NCBI GenBank assembly: GCA_964589775.1
Contig: CAZPUN010000037.1
Span: 1-32,000 of the forward strand
DNA from: an uncultured archaeon
GTDB taxonomy: Archaea > Asgardarchaeota > Thorarchaeia > Thorarchaeales > CAZPUN01
Direction: 5' to 3'
Length of the DNA stretch: 32,000 nt
In this document: positions 15,814-25,668 of the stretch, in pieces
How the letters are laid out: every line of letters begins with the position of its first letter
How positions within the stretch are numbered: position 1 is the stretch's first letter
The notes under the pieces: model-generated
The model's database searches: none
What the model was told of the DNA's origin: nothing
What the model saw: only the letters and a program-made list of their open reading frames with translations
Position numbers and translations under genes: made by a program

Positions 15814-17373
15814 TTATTTTTTAGGCCATGTCAATAACTTAAGTGGCTCGGGTAACTTATCGCCAATTATTCTGCGAATCTCTTTAGGCCAATTATCATA
15901 ATCAAACCCATAGCGAATTAGAAATACATACGCCCAACGTGATGGCCCAATTCCAGTACAACCAGTCCAAACAGTTCTCTTGTTCTTATCCTTAAAGTGA
16001 AATCGATTAGCATAGAAATCAGTATGTACATGGAATGATGCAATTTCAAGTTCTGCCTCGGGACGACTAATAGTCTTGAACGGTAGAAGTGCAGTTAGAT
16101 CATATGTTTTTACAAATTCGGAAGATTCAGATTCAACATTGCCAGAATGTTCAAGATAAACTGCAGTCGTCGCATCAATTCGATATTCTAGATCAAATAT
16201 TTTATCGATCACATTTTCAGCTAAATCAAGTAGTTTATCTCGGATTTCAATGACTTTTTCTGGGCTAGAAAGATATACAAATTCCAATCTGTGAAATTCA
16301 TTTAGCCGCTCAATTCCTTTTAATCCACCGCCCTCATAACGCCAAGTTGGACCATTCCTATCAAAATATCGTATAGGATTTTCAATGAATTTATCAATAT
16401 CCATTTTTTCGCCACTGAATATTTCATAAAATGGTTCACACTGGGCATATGCAAGACCGTATGCAGGCGCTTTTAATTTTGTACGTAGTAATTCTTCTTG
16501 AGGCGAGCCCGTAATTTCAACTAGATCAATGTAATCTTCAAAGTCTTTTGCATTACGGGATATAGGTGGAGATACCCAGAATAATTCGTAAGGAATTGCC
16601 AAGTGCCCTTTTTTCATTTGAACTTCAATAGGTACTAATCGGGGAAGAAAAACTTCGACAAATCCTGCAGGTTTGACTATTTTCTCAATTACTAATTGTT
16701 CAATCGCTCTAAGTAATGCAGCATATGGAGGTAAGATCTGCCACACACCAGCAGCCGGAAATTCCTTTATCCAACCTAATTTTAATAGATCACGGGTTGG
16801 ATCTTTGTCTAATACATACTTATCCAATTTTGGAGAACTTCTACGAATTGTACGGGAATATGCAGCTTTACCTTTGATACTTTGAGCGCGAACTTTTTCA
16901 TGAATTCGTTTAATAATACGATCAACATAATTCTTTCTAAGTCCTTCTTCATCAATTCCTTCAATTTCTAATTTTACATGCTTTCCATCAATTTCTAAAG
17001 ATTTTGAGAACGGAATAGTAATTGATTCAATGGGTTCGGTGTCTAATTCAAATTCTACTAATAACTCATCAATCTCAATGTTTCTTAATCCAATGTGATA
17101 TTTACGGCCCAGGTCGGATACCAAACTATTCTTGAAGCGAAGCACAGCTACATGAGCACGCAACCTTGTTCCGCTAATAATATGAAGATATAGACTATCA
17201 TCACGAATTTCCCATGAGGTGATTTTGGCACCTTCATCAAGCTGGTCTTTAGGAATTCCTTTCGTAAATAACTTTTCATTTGCATTGTCGACAAATTCCT
17301 TTATGAACTCTGCACCTTCTTTCGGGAATGGACCACTGAATTTCATATGAACTTTCATATCAATTTTGAACAT
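15814..17373 (-). CDS. serS: Seryl-tRNA synthetase, methanogen (Zn-dependent) type
   Basis: Long alpha/beta N-domain, YAQCEPFY, motif 2 TWRYEGGG..GIERLNEFHRLE, motif 3 WTGCTGIG.SRW. Confidence 0.9.
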   Translation of the reverse strand: MFKIDMKVHMKFSGPFPKEGAEFIKEFVDNANEKLFTKGIPKDQLDEGAKITSWEIRDDSLYLHIISGTRLRAHVAVLRFKNSLVSDLGRKYHIGLRNIEIDELLVEFELDTEPIESITIPFSKSLEIDGKHVKLEIEGIDEEGLRKNYVDRIIKRIHEKVRAQSIKGKAAYSRTIRRSSPKLDKYVLDKDPTRDLLKLGWIKEFPAAGVWQILPPYAALLRAIEQLVIEKIVKPAGFVEVFLPRLVPIEVQMKKGHLAIPYELFWVSPPISRNAKDFEDYIDLVEITGSPQEELLRTKLKAPAYGLAYAQCEPFYEIFSGEKMDIDKFIENPIRYFDRNGPTWRYEGGGLKGIERLNEFHRLEFVYLSSPEKVIEIRDKLLDLAENVIDKIFDLEYRIDATTAVYLEHSGNVESESSEFVKTYDLTALLPFKTISRPEAELEIASFHVHTDFYANRFHFKDKNKRTVWTGCTGIGPSRWAYVFLIRYGFDYDNWPKEIRRIIGDKLPEPLKLLTWPKK

Positions 17374-17494
17374 TTTTTTCCGTCCCACATTTATTTTTGT
17401 ATAAGAGTACAATAAATGAAATATAAGTCTTTTAATGCAGATAATAAATTGTGGTGTTTATCAATATTTTTCTTGTTAACAAATTGATTAAAAA

Positions 17495-18451
17495 ATGACG
17501 GCGCGTAGGAAAATCAAAGATGCGGATGTTAAGAAGATTTCGGATATTATATTAAATCAAGGATTTACAACCATAAATGGGCTTGCAAATGCAACTGCAC
17601 TAACATATACTACGATTAAGAAACTCCTTTTTGATCGCTTAAAACTAAGAATCAAAGGTTATATTGATTGGAAACGATTAGGATTAATTCCAATAATTAT
17701 TAAATTTAGACACCCAAGACAATTACTCACAGGTGATTACGTCCTGGGAACATTCATTTCAAATTTTCCAATTGGAGCATACTTTCAATATATGTTACTC
17801 CCACCAGAAGTTATTTTAGACTTAAAGCGAGCACTGCACTTAGTAGATGCGCAAGATACAACAATGTACGATATTTCATTAATTAATTATGAAGTAAATT
17901 TACATAATGATTTTAATTTAAATTTAAGAACATTCAAGTATACTCCACTTGATGAATGGAACGTTCACCAGATTACGCAAAAACATCTAGAAATATTGAG
18001 AGAACTCCATAAAAATTACTTAATACAAAATAAAATCATCTCAAGATTAATCAAATTAAGCACGATAACAACGTCCAAGTATAAACAAGAATTAATAAAA
18101 AACAAAATATTGATTCCACTTTTTGTATTCTCTGAGGAACAAAAGGAATGGTATATCTCAATATTTTCAAAGAGAAATAATGAAAAATCTTATTCTTTTC
18201 AAGATAAGTATGTCTTTGAACTGAGCAATTTGCAAACGGGAGAAAAGGAATATTTGACTGTTTTTGGAGCTAAATATGTAAGTCCAAGAAAAATCATAGA
18301 GATATATTATGAAAAGAAAAAACAAGAAGAAGATCTATATTTATTCATGAATATAAACAAGCTTAGATTTCCAGATATCAAGTTGTATGATGAAAAAAAT
18401 AAAAAATGGATTTGGAATTATGAAAGCATTGGACTTTCTGATATCATCTGA
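17495..18451 (+). CDS. Putative transcription regulator with two wHTH (Lrp-like) modules
   Basis: HTH-like segments TINGLANATALTYTTIKKLL and HLEILRELH...ISRLIKLSTITTSKYKQEL; IDWKRLGL resembles the Lrp linker. Confidence 0.55.
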   Translation: MTARRKIKDADVKKISDIILNQGFTTINGLANATALTYTTIKKLLFDRLKLRIKGYIDWKRLGLIPIIIKFRHPRQLLTGDYVLGTFISNFPIGAYFQYMLLPPEVILDLKRALHLVDAQDTTMYDISLINYEVNLHNDFNLNLRTFKYTPLDEWNVHQITQKHLEILRELHKNYLIQNKIISRLIKLSTITTSKYKQELIKNKILIPLFVFSEEQKEWYISIFSKRNNEKSYSFQDKYVFELSNLQTGEKEYLTVFGAKYVSPRKIIEIYYEKKKQEEDLYLFMNINKLRFPDIKLYDEKNKKWIWNYESIGLSDII

Positions 18452-19925
18452 TTCCAAATAATTTTCGGATCTTTTTGATAGGAGATGCATGAACAATACG
18501 TACCTGTAATAAACTCCATGACTCTTTTCTCATCGGATAATAGTCTAATGCAGCAATACGATTCTTATTCCTAAGCTCATAAATTGTACGGAAAAGAAAT
18601 TCGATCCATGCGCGCTCACTCATAGAACTAACTTTGAACAGAGTATCAAATAATGAATAGCTCATATCAAAAACTAATGCACCATCTTCCAATAGGTCTG
18701 CAAGCTTATCTGTAACATATTTTTTATCTTCAACCTCAGATGATGCAAGAATTGGAACGATTGAAAAATTATCAAATTGATTTATTAAAGTATCAAATAC
18801 ATTAGTTGATAGCTTGTATTTGAGTAAATTAATAAACGAATCGTATATTAGGGTCACACGAGGAATAATAGCATTATTTTGCGATGCTTCATTAGATTTT
18901 TCGATATTTTCATTTGTTTCACTATTCGCTTCATCTGTAATTTCCTCGTTCTTTTCAGATTCTTGCTTTTGCGCGCCTAAGTCGTATAAGATATTTTCAA
19001 TTAATAATGGAGCAAAAATCTCATAGATCGTTTTCTTTGTATCATTAAAAATAATTGTAATTCTATGATTTCGAATTGCTTCAATTAACTGCTCATGCTC
19101 ATCATCAGAAATAAATTCCTTGAGCTTTTCGGGAGCATAACCTTCACGAACGCGATCATCCCATTCTTGAAATACTTGCTGAACTTCTTTCTTCCTACGG
19201 TCCTTAACTAAACTCATAAATCGTGACAAATATTTTACGCCTTTAGAAACAGCAGTTCCGGGACTTACAAACACCGTTAAAAGTGTAAGAGCTTCACCTG
19301 CAACATCAGAGGACTCTGCTTCTTTTATTTTACCCATCAATTCGTCGGTAATGGAAGGAGGACCCAGTTGCTCTACCAATAACTCATATAGATCTTCAAA
19401 ATTGCTTATTTGAGCTTCTTCTTGAGATACGTCACGCATAACAGGAGATGCATCAGTCAATATTTTTGCGAGCTCATCTGAATGTTTTGATAACCAATCC
19501 ATTGATAGTTTTGCATGCGGAAATTCGTTTAACCACGGTTTAACATTATTGTTGATACCCAGACGAAATATAGTGTAGTCTTCTAATTCTCCAGAGAGAA
19601 TAGACATGAACTGCTGAAATCCCTCTAATGTAGATAAATTATATTCATGATTATGAAGGGTATCTAAGAAAATTATAATATGCGATTGATTATCAAGAAT
19701 CCAATTTGTAAGTGCAATTGTTGCTTGTTCAGAAGTCATTAATGCATCTTCACTATCATGAAAAGGTTGATCATAATAGGTAAGAATTGAAAAGCGCTTT
19801 ATATCTCTTTTAGTAACTTTTTCAAAAAGATGTTTGAATACAGCGTAACCTGATTGATATCGCGACAACATTTCTGCATTCAATTCAAAGGTATCGGACA
19901 TTTCATCATTCAATTCGTCTGACAT
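18444..19925 (-). CDS. Hypothetical acidic protein, possible degenerate HerA/VirB4-like fold
   Basis: 493-aa ORF; C-terminal pattern RITIIFND...LLIENIL...PRVTLIYDS; no Walker A found. Confidence 0.6.
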   Translation of the reverse strand: MSDELNDEMSDTFELNAEMLSRYQSGYAVFKHLFEKVTKRDIKRFSILTYYDQPFHDSEDALMTSEQATIALTNWILDNQSHIIIFLDTLHNHEYNLSTLEGFQQFMSILSGELEDYTIFRLGINNNVKPWLNEFPHAKLSMDWLSKHSDELAKILTDASPVMRDVSQEEAQISNFEDLYELLVEQLGPPSITDELMGKIKEAESSDVAGEALTLLTVFVSPGTAVSKGVKYLSRFMSLVKDRRKKEVQQVFQEWDDRVREGYAPEKLKEFISDDEHEQLIEAIRNHRITIIFNDTKKTIYEIFAPLLIENILYDLGAQKQESEKNEEITDEANSETNENIEKSNEASQNNAIIPRVTLIYDSFINLLKYKLSTNVFDTLINQFDNFSIVPILASSEVEDKKYVTDKLADLLEDGALVFDMSYSLFDTLFKVSSMSERAWIEFLFRTIYELRNKNRIAALDYYPMRKESWSLLQVRIVHASPIKKIRKLFGIR

Positions 19926-20010
19926 AAGCTATCCCGTGTCTAAAATAGTACATTTACTATTAAAAAGCTATCTAAATCGCAACAAAATAAAAAAGAAAAA
20001 AGAATAGATT

Positions 20011-21153
20011 TTATTCTATTTTTAGACCAATTCCAATCAATATAACAGCAATTGCAACAAGCATAATCAAAGTAATATATTCCCATGGGAATGGTCCTTC
20101 AGGAACTAATGGATTTGGTTCAGAAAGTCTGTCAATCTGCCCTAATGCATTAAGTGATACAATTGCATTATATATATGATGTAATGAGCCAATGGAATTT
20201 AGTGGAGATAATGTAAAGCTGCCATCTGCTAATTGGCACTTTAAGATAAAATCAACAACGGCATTATTGATTAACTGTAAGGAATCTAACGCTTGTAATG
20301 TTAAAATTGCGAATGTAGTAGATTGTAAATTGGTAGTATTGGAAATGTCAGATTCCACAAAACCACCATAAGTAGTTGAGTTTTCATTGAGATCTTGAAG
20401 ACTGAGAACCCAATTTATAATTGATGTGCGATTAGGTAACTGATCTAATGTGCCAAGGGCTTGTAAAGTTAAAACGCCCATCATTGTATTATATAGACTT
20501 GTAATGTTCTCATCAGGTTTAAACTTGAGACCATTTGCAGTTGTACAATTGATTATCCAATTTGTAATTGCAGTTTTATTGACATATTCATTAAGATAAT
20601 TTTCACCTAATGCAGAATAACTTTTTACTACAAGGAAAATAGATTCCATTGTGACTGTACCATTTGCATCGGTATATGTAAATAATCCATCATTTGTTTT
20701 TGTTTGGTTTAGCCATAAAGCTGCAGCTGTGATATTAGGCGATACTGTTGTTACAGATTCAAGGTATGTCAATGCTTGCGCAGCATGAAACATACCATAA
20801 ATATCAGGGGTACCACCTTCAACATTTGCAAAACCACCATAATGGCGAGTCCCAGTCGTCTCAACCCATTGAGAATCATTTATGAATTCTTTAGCTTGCG
20901 TAATGTTAAGATTGTCTCGGTTCAGAGCATTCAAAGCATCCAATGAAGCTATTGCCCAATGGGTTGCTGAAATACTCGCAATAGCGCCAGATTTTACACC
21001 ATATCCACCAGTATCAGGTACCCATAAGTCTTTCAAATAAGATAGTACAGTATCGCGGCGGGAGGTGGGAGAAGCCGCAGCGAATGAAATAGATGATCCT
21101 GAAATCACGATTACTAATAATAATGTCGCAAATACATATCTTGATACTTTCAA
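20011..21153 (-). CDS. Secreted, membrane-anchored prenyltransferase/squalene-oxidase-repeat protein
   Basis: Signal peptide, about 6 repeats of the type FILKCQLADGSF / WVLSLQ..YGGF, many sequons, C-terminal TM helix. TTG start after GGAGG. Confidence 0.8.
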   Translation of the reverse strand: MKVSRYVFATLLLVIVISGSSISFAAASPTSRRDTVLSYLKDLWVPDTGGYGVKSGAIASISATHWAIASLDALNALNRDNLNITQAKEFINDSQWVETTGTRHYGGFANVEGGTPDIYGMFHAAQALTYLESVTTVSPNITAAALWLNQTKTNDGLFTYTDANGTVTMESIFLVVKSYSALGENYLNEYVNKTAITNWIINCTTANGLKFKPDENITSLYNTMMGVLTLQALGTLDQLPNRTSIINWVLSLQDLNENSTTYGGFVESDISNTTNLQSTTFAILTLQALDSLQLINNAVVDFILKCQLADGSFTLSPLNSIGSLHHIYNAIVSLNALGQIDRLSEPNPLVPEGPFPWEYITLIMLVAIAVILIGIGLKIE

Positions 21154-21319
21154 ACTGTAAGCCTCCGTGAGCTTGAGATTTTAGCTTCTCGGAATAGGAG
21201 CCGCTTTTGAAAACGACGTTGTGACAGCATCTTATAATTCTTTTGCATTAAAACAAAATTCACTCTTAAATATTTTCATTATATAATCTTATCACAATAA
21301 AAAAGAAAAAGAGAGAAGA

Positions 21320-22285
21320 TTATTTCTTAGCGTACCAGCCACCTTGAATGTGAAGATAGGCGGAGTTTGCAGCAGTTGCACCCTGACCAACTGCAACAGA
21401 GATCTGTTTAAATCCTAAAGACACATCACCCGCAGCATAAACACCAGGAATATTTGTTTCCTGTTGCATATTTGTTATAATTTCACCAGACTCATTAACT
21501 TTGACACCAGCCTCAGCTGCAATCTTACTTTCGGGAATTTCACCAATTTCTACAAAAACACCATCACATTCAATTGTTCGTTCTTCACCCGTCTTATTAT
21601 TTATTATTCTCACACCTTTGACTCTATCTTCACCAAGAATCTCCTTGACCTCGGTATTCCAGAGTACTTCAATATTGCTAGCTAAAACTCGCTCTTTTAA
21701 TACTTTTTCAGCTCTAAAATCATCACGCCTATGAACAAGATAGGTTTTTGAAGCCACATCTTTTATGTATAGTGCATCTGTTAAGGCAGTATTTCCTCCA
21801 CCAACTACGACAACTGTTTTTCCACGAAATAGAGGTGCATCACAAGTTGCGCACTGACTAACACCACGTCCTTGCAATTCTTCCTCACCAGGAACACCTA
21901 ATTTTCGGTGATGCGTTCCGGTAGCAATAATTATTGCTTTAGCCGTGAAAACTTCAGAACCAACATACACCTTTTTAGAATCTCCGTTTAACTCCAATTT
22001 TGTAACTTCAGTAATTTCTTTAATAGTTGCACCCGCTCGCTTAACTTGATTCTTCATACGATCAGTAAGTTCAGAGCCAGATATTTCTTCAAATCCAGGA
22101 TAATTCTCAATTAATGGTGATACTGCTTGATTCCCGCCAACTACTGCTTTTTCCATTATTAATGTTTTTAATCCATAGCGTGCACCATAAATTGCAGCAG
22201 TCATACCGGCAGGACCACCACCAATAATAATAAGGTCCCAATCTTTTTCAATACCAGTACTTGTTCCCAATCCTAAACTAAACAT
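21320..22285 (-). CDS. trxB: Thioredoxin-disulfide reductase (low-MW type)
   Basis: GGGPAG, CATCD redox motif, GGGNTA, HRRD, GVYAAGD. Confidence 0.95.
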   Translation of the reverse strand: MFSLGLGTSTGIEKDWDLIIIGGGPAGMTAAIYGARYGLKTLIMEKAVVGGNQAVSPLIENYPGFEEISGSELTDRMKNQVKRAGATIKEITEVTKLELNGDSKKVYVGSEVFTAKAIIIATGTHHRKLGVPGEEELQGRGVSQCATCDAPLFRGKTVVVVGGGNTALTDALYIKDVASKTYLVHRRDDFRAEKVLKERVLASNIEVLWNTEVKEILGEDRVKGVRIINNKTGEERTIECDGVFVEIGEIPESKIAAEAGVKVNESGEIITNMQQETNIPGVYAAGDVSLGFKQISVAVGQGATAANSAYLHIQGGWYAKK

Positions 22286-22333
22286 TTTAATCGACCTCTT
22301 TTAATTTTATTCAATATGATATTCTATTATATC

Positions 22334-23209
22334 TCATCTTTTTATTATTTTATGAATGTATTTATATAGCTCATCTTTTCGATTTGCCTCAGGAGATAAA
22401 TACAAAGGAATCTCACTTTTCAAATAAGACATAGCTTCTTGTGCCTTAATAGTATATATTTTTGAAGAATCTGGTGAAATGTAGTCTATGGCCTTCTTAA
22501 AGCGTTCACCACTATAAGGAAATACATGACCTGGAGCAACTACAAGTACTAAATCAACACTATTTATTTCTTGAAAAGGCCATGCCAAATTATTAAAGCT
22601 TTCAATAATCAGAAAATCAGACTTGCCTTTTAAATAATTAAAAGTACTATAAATTGATTCCTCATAATATCTATAAAATAAACTATTCAATTGTGCGATA
22701 CTATCTACAACAATCAATTCATTAACATTTGAAAGTAATGCATCAGTCTCCTCATCAGATAAGAAAGTAACTCCTGTTTCGATAGGTTGCTTAGCATATA
22801 GAAAAATATTATGGATCGTGTTGTTTTTGTAAAGAGAATACCGTTCGATTGCAAATATAGAAACCCAGCTAGTCAAAAACAAATTATACATTGCAAAAGG
22901 TTCTGTAGGTGATTGTAATCTTGCAGGTACAGCAAGGCGATGATTTGGATTTATTATTTCATATGGGATTCCACTTTTGGCTATGGTTTCTAGCTGGTCA
23001 ATATCGCTACTGAATAACCTTTTTTGATCGATACACTTTTTTGTGTGGTCATATTTAAACCAATAATGGTGACCACTCTTAGGCTTATACGGAATAACTG
23101 AATAGCCCATTTCTTTAATGGTCTGAATGACGCGTTTAGCAACTGTAGTTTTTCCGGAATCAAACTCAAGCATACCTGTGATCAAGATTGTATAAGTCAT
23201 CAAGCTCAC
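22334..23209 (-). CDS. Archaeal P-loop NTPase (BioD/CobQ-like, COG4028-type)
   Basis: ITGMLEFDSGKTT, YKPKSGH, IIESFNN. Confidence 0.7.
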   Translation of the reverse strand: MSLMTYTILITGMLEFDSGKTTVAKRVIQTIKEMGYSVIPYKPKSGHHYWFKYDHTKKCIDQKRLFSSDIDQLETIAKSGIPYEIINPNHRLAVPARLQSPTEPFAMYNLFLTSWVSIFAIERYSLYKNNTIHNIFLYAKQPIETGVTFLSDEETDALLSNVNELIVVDSIAQLNSLFYRYYEESIYSTFNYLKGKSDFLIIESFNNLAWPFQEINSVDLVLVVAPGHVFPYSGERFKKAIDYISPDSSKIYTIKAQEAMSYLKSEIPLYLSPEANRKDELYKYIHKIIKR

Positions 23210-23234
23210 CTATAAAATATACACAACAATACAA

Positions 23235-23282
23235 AGAAAAATAAAAATATAAGAAAATTTATCGCGGATTAAAACCGCGATA
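23235..23282 (-). terminator. Hairpin plus U-rich tract ending the Hdr operon
   Basis: TATCGCGG-N7-CCGCGATA (23260-23282), 5 nt after the flavoprotein stop, followed by T-rich runs on the minus strand. Confidence 0.65.
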
Positions 23283-23287
23283 TGCAT

Positions 23288-24922
23288 TTAGAAAATGTCA
23301 ATTGTTCTTGCAATAGTTTCTTTTCTGCGATAATCAGGCAGTAACATAGGAGCTTTACGAGTGGGCGGGATTCCGGCGTTTTGAAGTTCAGTGATATAGT
23401 CTTTGACATGTTGTAAAGTGAGCTTGCCAAGCTTTACCTTCTTCGCTTTCTTTGCAGCATGAATTCCAGCACGTCTGCCAAATACACTGATTTCAAGTAA
23501 TGAGTTACCCATCAGACGGTTTCTGCCATGAACACCACCACTTGTCTCACCAGCGGAGTATAGATTAGGAACCTGTGTTTCAGCATTTGCATTAATTATT
23601 ATTCCACCGTTCATATAATGTAATGTTGGAAATACAAGGATTGGATCTTCAGCCATATTAATTCCGAATCGCTTAAACATACGAAACATAGCCGGTAGTT
23701 CTTTTTGAATGGTTCCTTCACCATGAATTACTTCAATCAATGGAGAATCCAGCCACACTCCACGCATGCCGGTAGGAGTGATAATGCCATTATTTCGCTC
23801 ATAACATTCACGTATTATAACAGAAGACTCAACATCTCGTGTTTCCAGCGGATATGTAAATTGCTCGCCAAATTTGTTTAATAGCTGCCCACCTAAACCA
23901 CGGACCTTTTCAGTAATTAATAATCCAACAATCTGCTCAGGATAAGCAGCACCTGTTGGATGATACTGTACGGCGTCTAAGAATATTGTTTTTGCGCCAG
24001 CACGATATGCCATAACTACGCCATCCATTGTAGCACCATAGTGGTTTGTTGTTGGAAAGCCTTGTACATGTAATCTGCCAAATCCACCAACGGCCATAAT
24101 TGTAGTTTTTGCACGTACAACATGATACTCTTCAGTTTCCATATTGAATAATACTGCACCTGCAACTTGTCCTTTATCGTCTTTAATTAATTCAACTGCA
24201 GGAGAGAATTCAATAACAGGAATGTCAAGATTCTGTACTTCATCACGTAATGTTTTCATGATTTCTCCGCCAGAGTAGTCACGTGCAGAATGCATACGTT
24301 TTCTACTAGTTCCACCACCGTGTTTTGTACGCATGGTTCCATCAGGTTCTTTATCGTACATGACTCCAAGTTCTTCATGCCATTTAATAATTAAAGGAGC
24401 ATCCATAACAAGAGCTTCTACAAGTTCAGGAATGTTATAGAAGTGTCCGCCACCCATTACATCAAGATAATGAATCATGGGAGAATCATTTGGTTTATCT
24501 GCAGCTTGAATTCCACCTTGCGCCATCATAGTATTAGCGTCGCCATGGCGTAATTTTGTTGCAATCATTACATCTGCGCCATTGTATTTTGCCCAAAGTG
24601 CAGCAGTAGAACCTGCGCCACCACCACCTAGAACAAGCACATCCACGTCATATTCGATATCAGTAAGATCAATTTCATCAGGATCAATATGTGGATATGC
24701 TTCTAACAAGTCGACAACTTCGTGATTCATTTTGTCGCCCTTATTGGGACCAACTTTAACAGCACGCTTTGCTTCAGGTTTGTAGTCAGGGTGGTACTTG
24801 TGAAGAACTTCTTGAATCTCATCTTCAGTCAACCGGCGATATACTTCATTAAGTCTTTTATCCCGGGTAGAATGAACTTTTTCAATTAATTCACGCATAT
24901 AATCAGGATATCCATCACTCAT
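23288..24922 (-). CDS. SdhA/FrdA/TfrA-family flavoprotein
   Basis: GGGGAG, MAQGG, QYHPTG, LITEKVRG, TRD, PTLHYMNGG, HGRNRLMGNSL; SD GAGGTGA before ATG 24922. Confidence 0.9.
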   Translation of the reverse strand: MSDGYPDYMRELIEKVHSTRDKRLNEVYRRLTEDEIQEVLHKYHPDYKPEAKRAVKVGPNKGDKMNHEVVDLLEAYPHIDPDEIDLTDIEYDVDVLVLGGGGAGSTAALWAKYNGADVMIATKLRHGDANTMMAQGGIQAADKPNDSPMIHYLDVMGGGHFYNIPELVEALVMDAPLIIKWHEELGVMYDKEPDGTMRTKHGGGTSRKRMHSARDYSGGEIMKTLRDEVQNLDIPVIEFSPAVELIKDDKGQVAGAVLFNMETEEYHVVRAKTTIMAVGGFGRLHVQGFPTTNHYGATMDGVVMAYRAGAKTIFLDAVQYHPTGAAYPEQIVGLLITEKVRGLGGQLLNKFGEQFTYPLETRDVESSVIIRECYERNNGIITPTGMRGVWLDSPLIEVIHGEGTIQKELPAMFRMFKRFGINMAEDPILVFPTLHYMNGGIIINANAETQVPNLYSAGETSGGVHGRNRLMGNSLLEISVFGRRAGIHAAKKAKKVKLGKLTLQHVKDYITELQNAGIPPTRKAPMLLPDYRRKETIARTIDIF

Positions 24923-24932
24923 TTGATTCACC

Positions 24933-25658
24933 TCATTTTTCTATGTCCCTTGCTTCATAGAGTTTCAAAAGCTCTTCCCGGGACATCTTCTTTAGTTTCT
25001 CCATTTCTTTGTCAAACTTTCCAGATTCTATTTCCTTTACACGCTCAGCGAGGTGCTTTGCAGGCTTTGCAATATGTCGAGCATATAACCGCCGTGCAAG
25101 TAAGGCAATATAATATTGAGGCATTTCAGCGGGACAACGTGATGCACAAAGACCACACATAATACAATCAAATGATAGATCTGCTGTCTTTGCAATGTCA
25201 CCACGAAGTGCCGTATTTATATAGTCCATGACTGAAAGTTCCTGAGGACATATTTTTGTACAAGAGTTACAACTGACACATCGTGCCGCTTCAGGGTAAT
25301 ATTTCAAAATTGTATTTACAGTTGGTTCGAGTTCTTGAATGTTGTATTTTGCTTTATTTGCAGGTACAAAAGGTATCTGCGCAAGATACATGCCATCTTG
25401 TACAACAGTCTGACAGGCTAATCCACTTCGTAACTTATAGTCACCTTTTAACCGATATATTGTTGCACATGCACCGCAAAAACCAGCTCGGCAACCGGCA
25501 CCTCGTATATATCGATAACCTGCATACTCAACGGCTTTCATAATGGTAAGATTTTCAGGAACTTCATACTTCTTACCCATTATGAAAATATTTACCATCT
25601 TTACAGGTATAGATTCATCTTGTGATTTTTTCTTAGTTTTTGATGCAGCCTTAACCAT
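24933..25658 (-). CDS. SdhB/FrdB-like Fe-S protein (2Fe-2S + 2x4Fe-4S)
   Basis: CRAGFCGAC...LAC; CVSCNSCTKICP; CIMCGLCASRCP. The start could be 25661. Confidence 0.88.
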   Translation of the reverse strand: MVKAASKTKKKSQDESIPVKMVNIFIMGKKYEVPENLTIMKAVEYAGYRYIRGAGCRAGFCGACATIYRLKGDYKLRSGLACQTVVQDGMYLAQIPFVPANKAKYNIQELEPTVNTILKYYPEAARCVSCNSCTKICPQELSVMDYINTALRGDIAKTADLSFDCIMCGLCASRCPAEMPQYYIALLARRLYARHIAKPAKHLAERVKEIESGKFDKEMEKLKKMSREELLKLYEARDIEK

Positions 25659-25668
25659 CATTAACACC

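Noticed and set aside
20011-21153. Rab geranylgeranyltransferase acting on the neighbouring Rabs
   Set aside because: The protein appears exported, lacks the DxC zinc motif, has no alpha subunit nearby, and both Rabs lack C-terminal cysteines.
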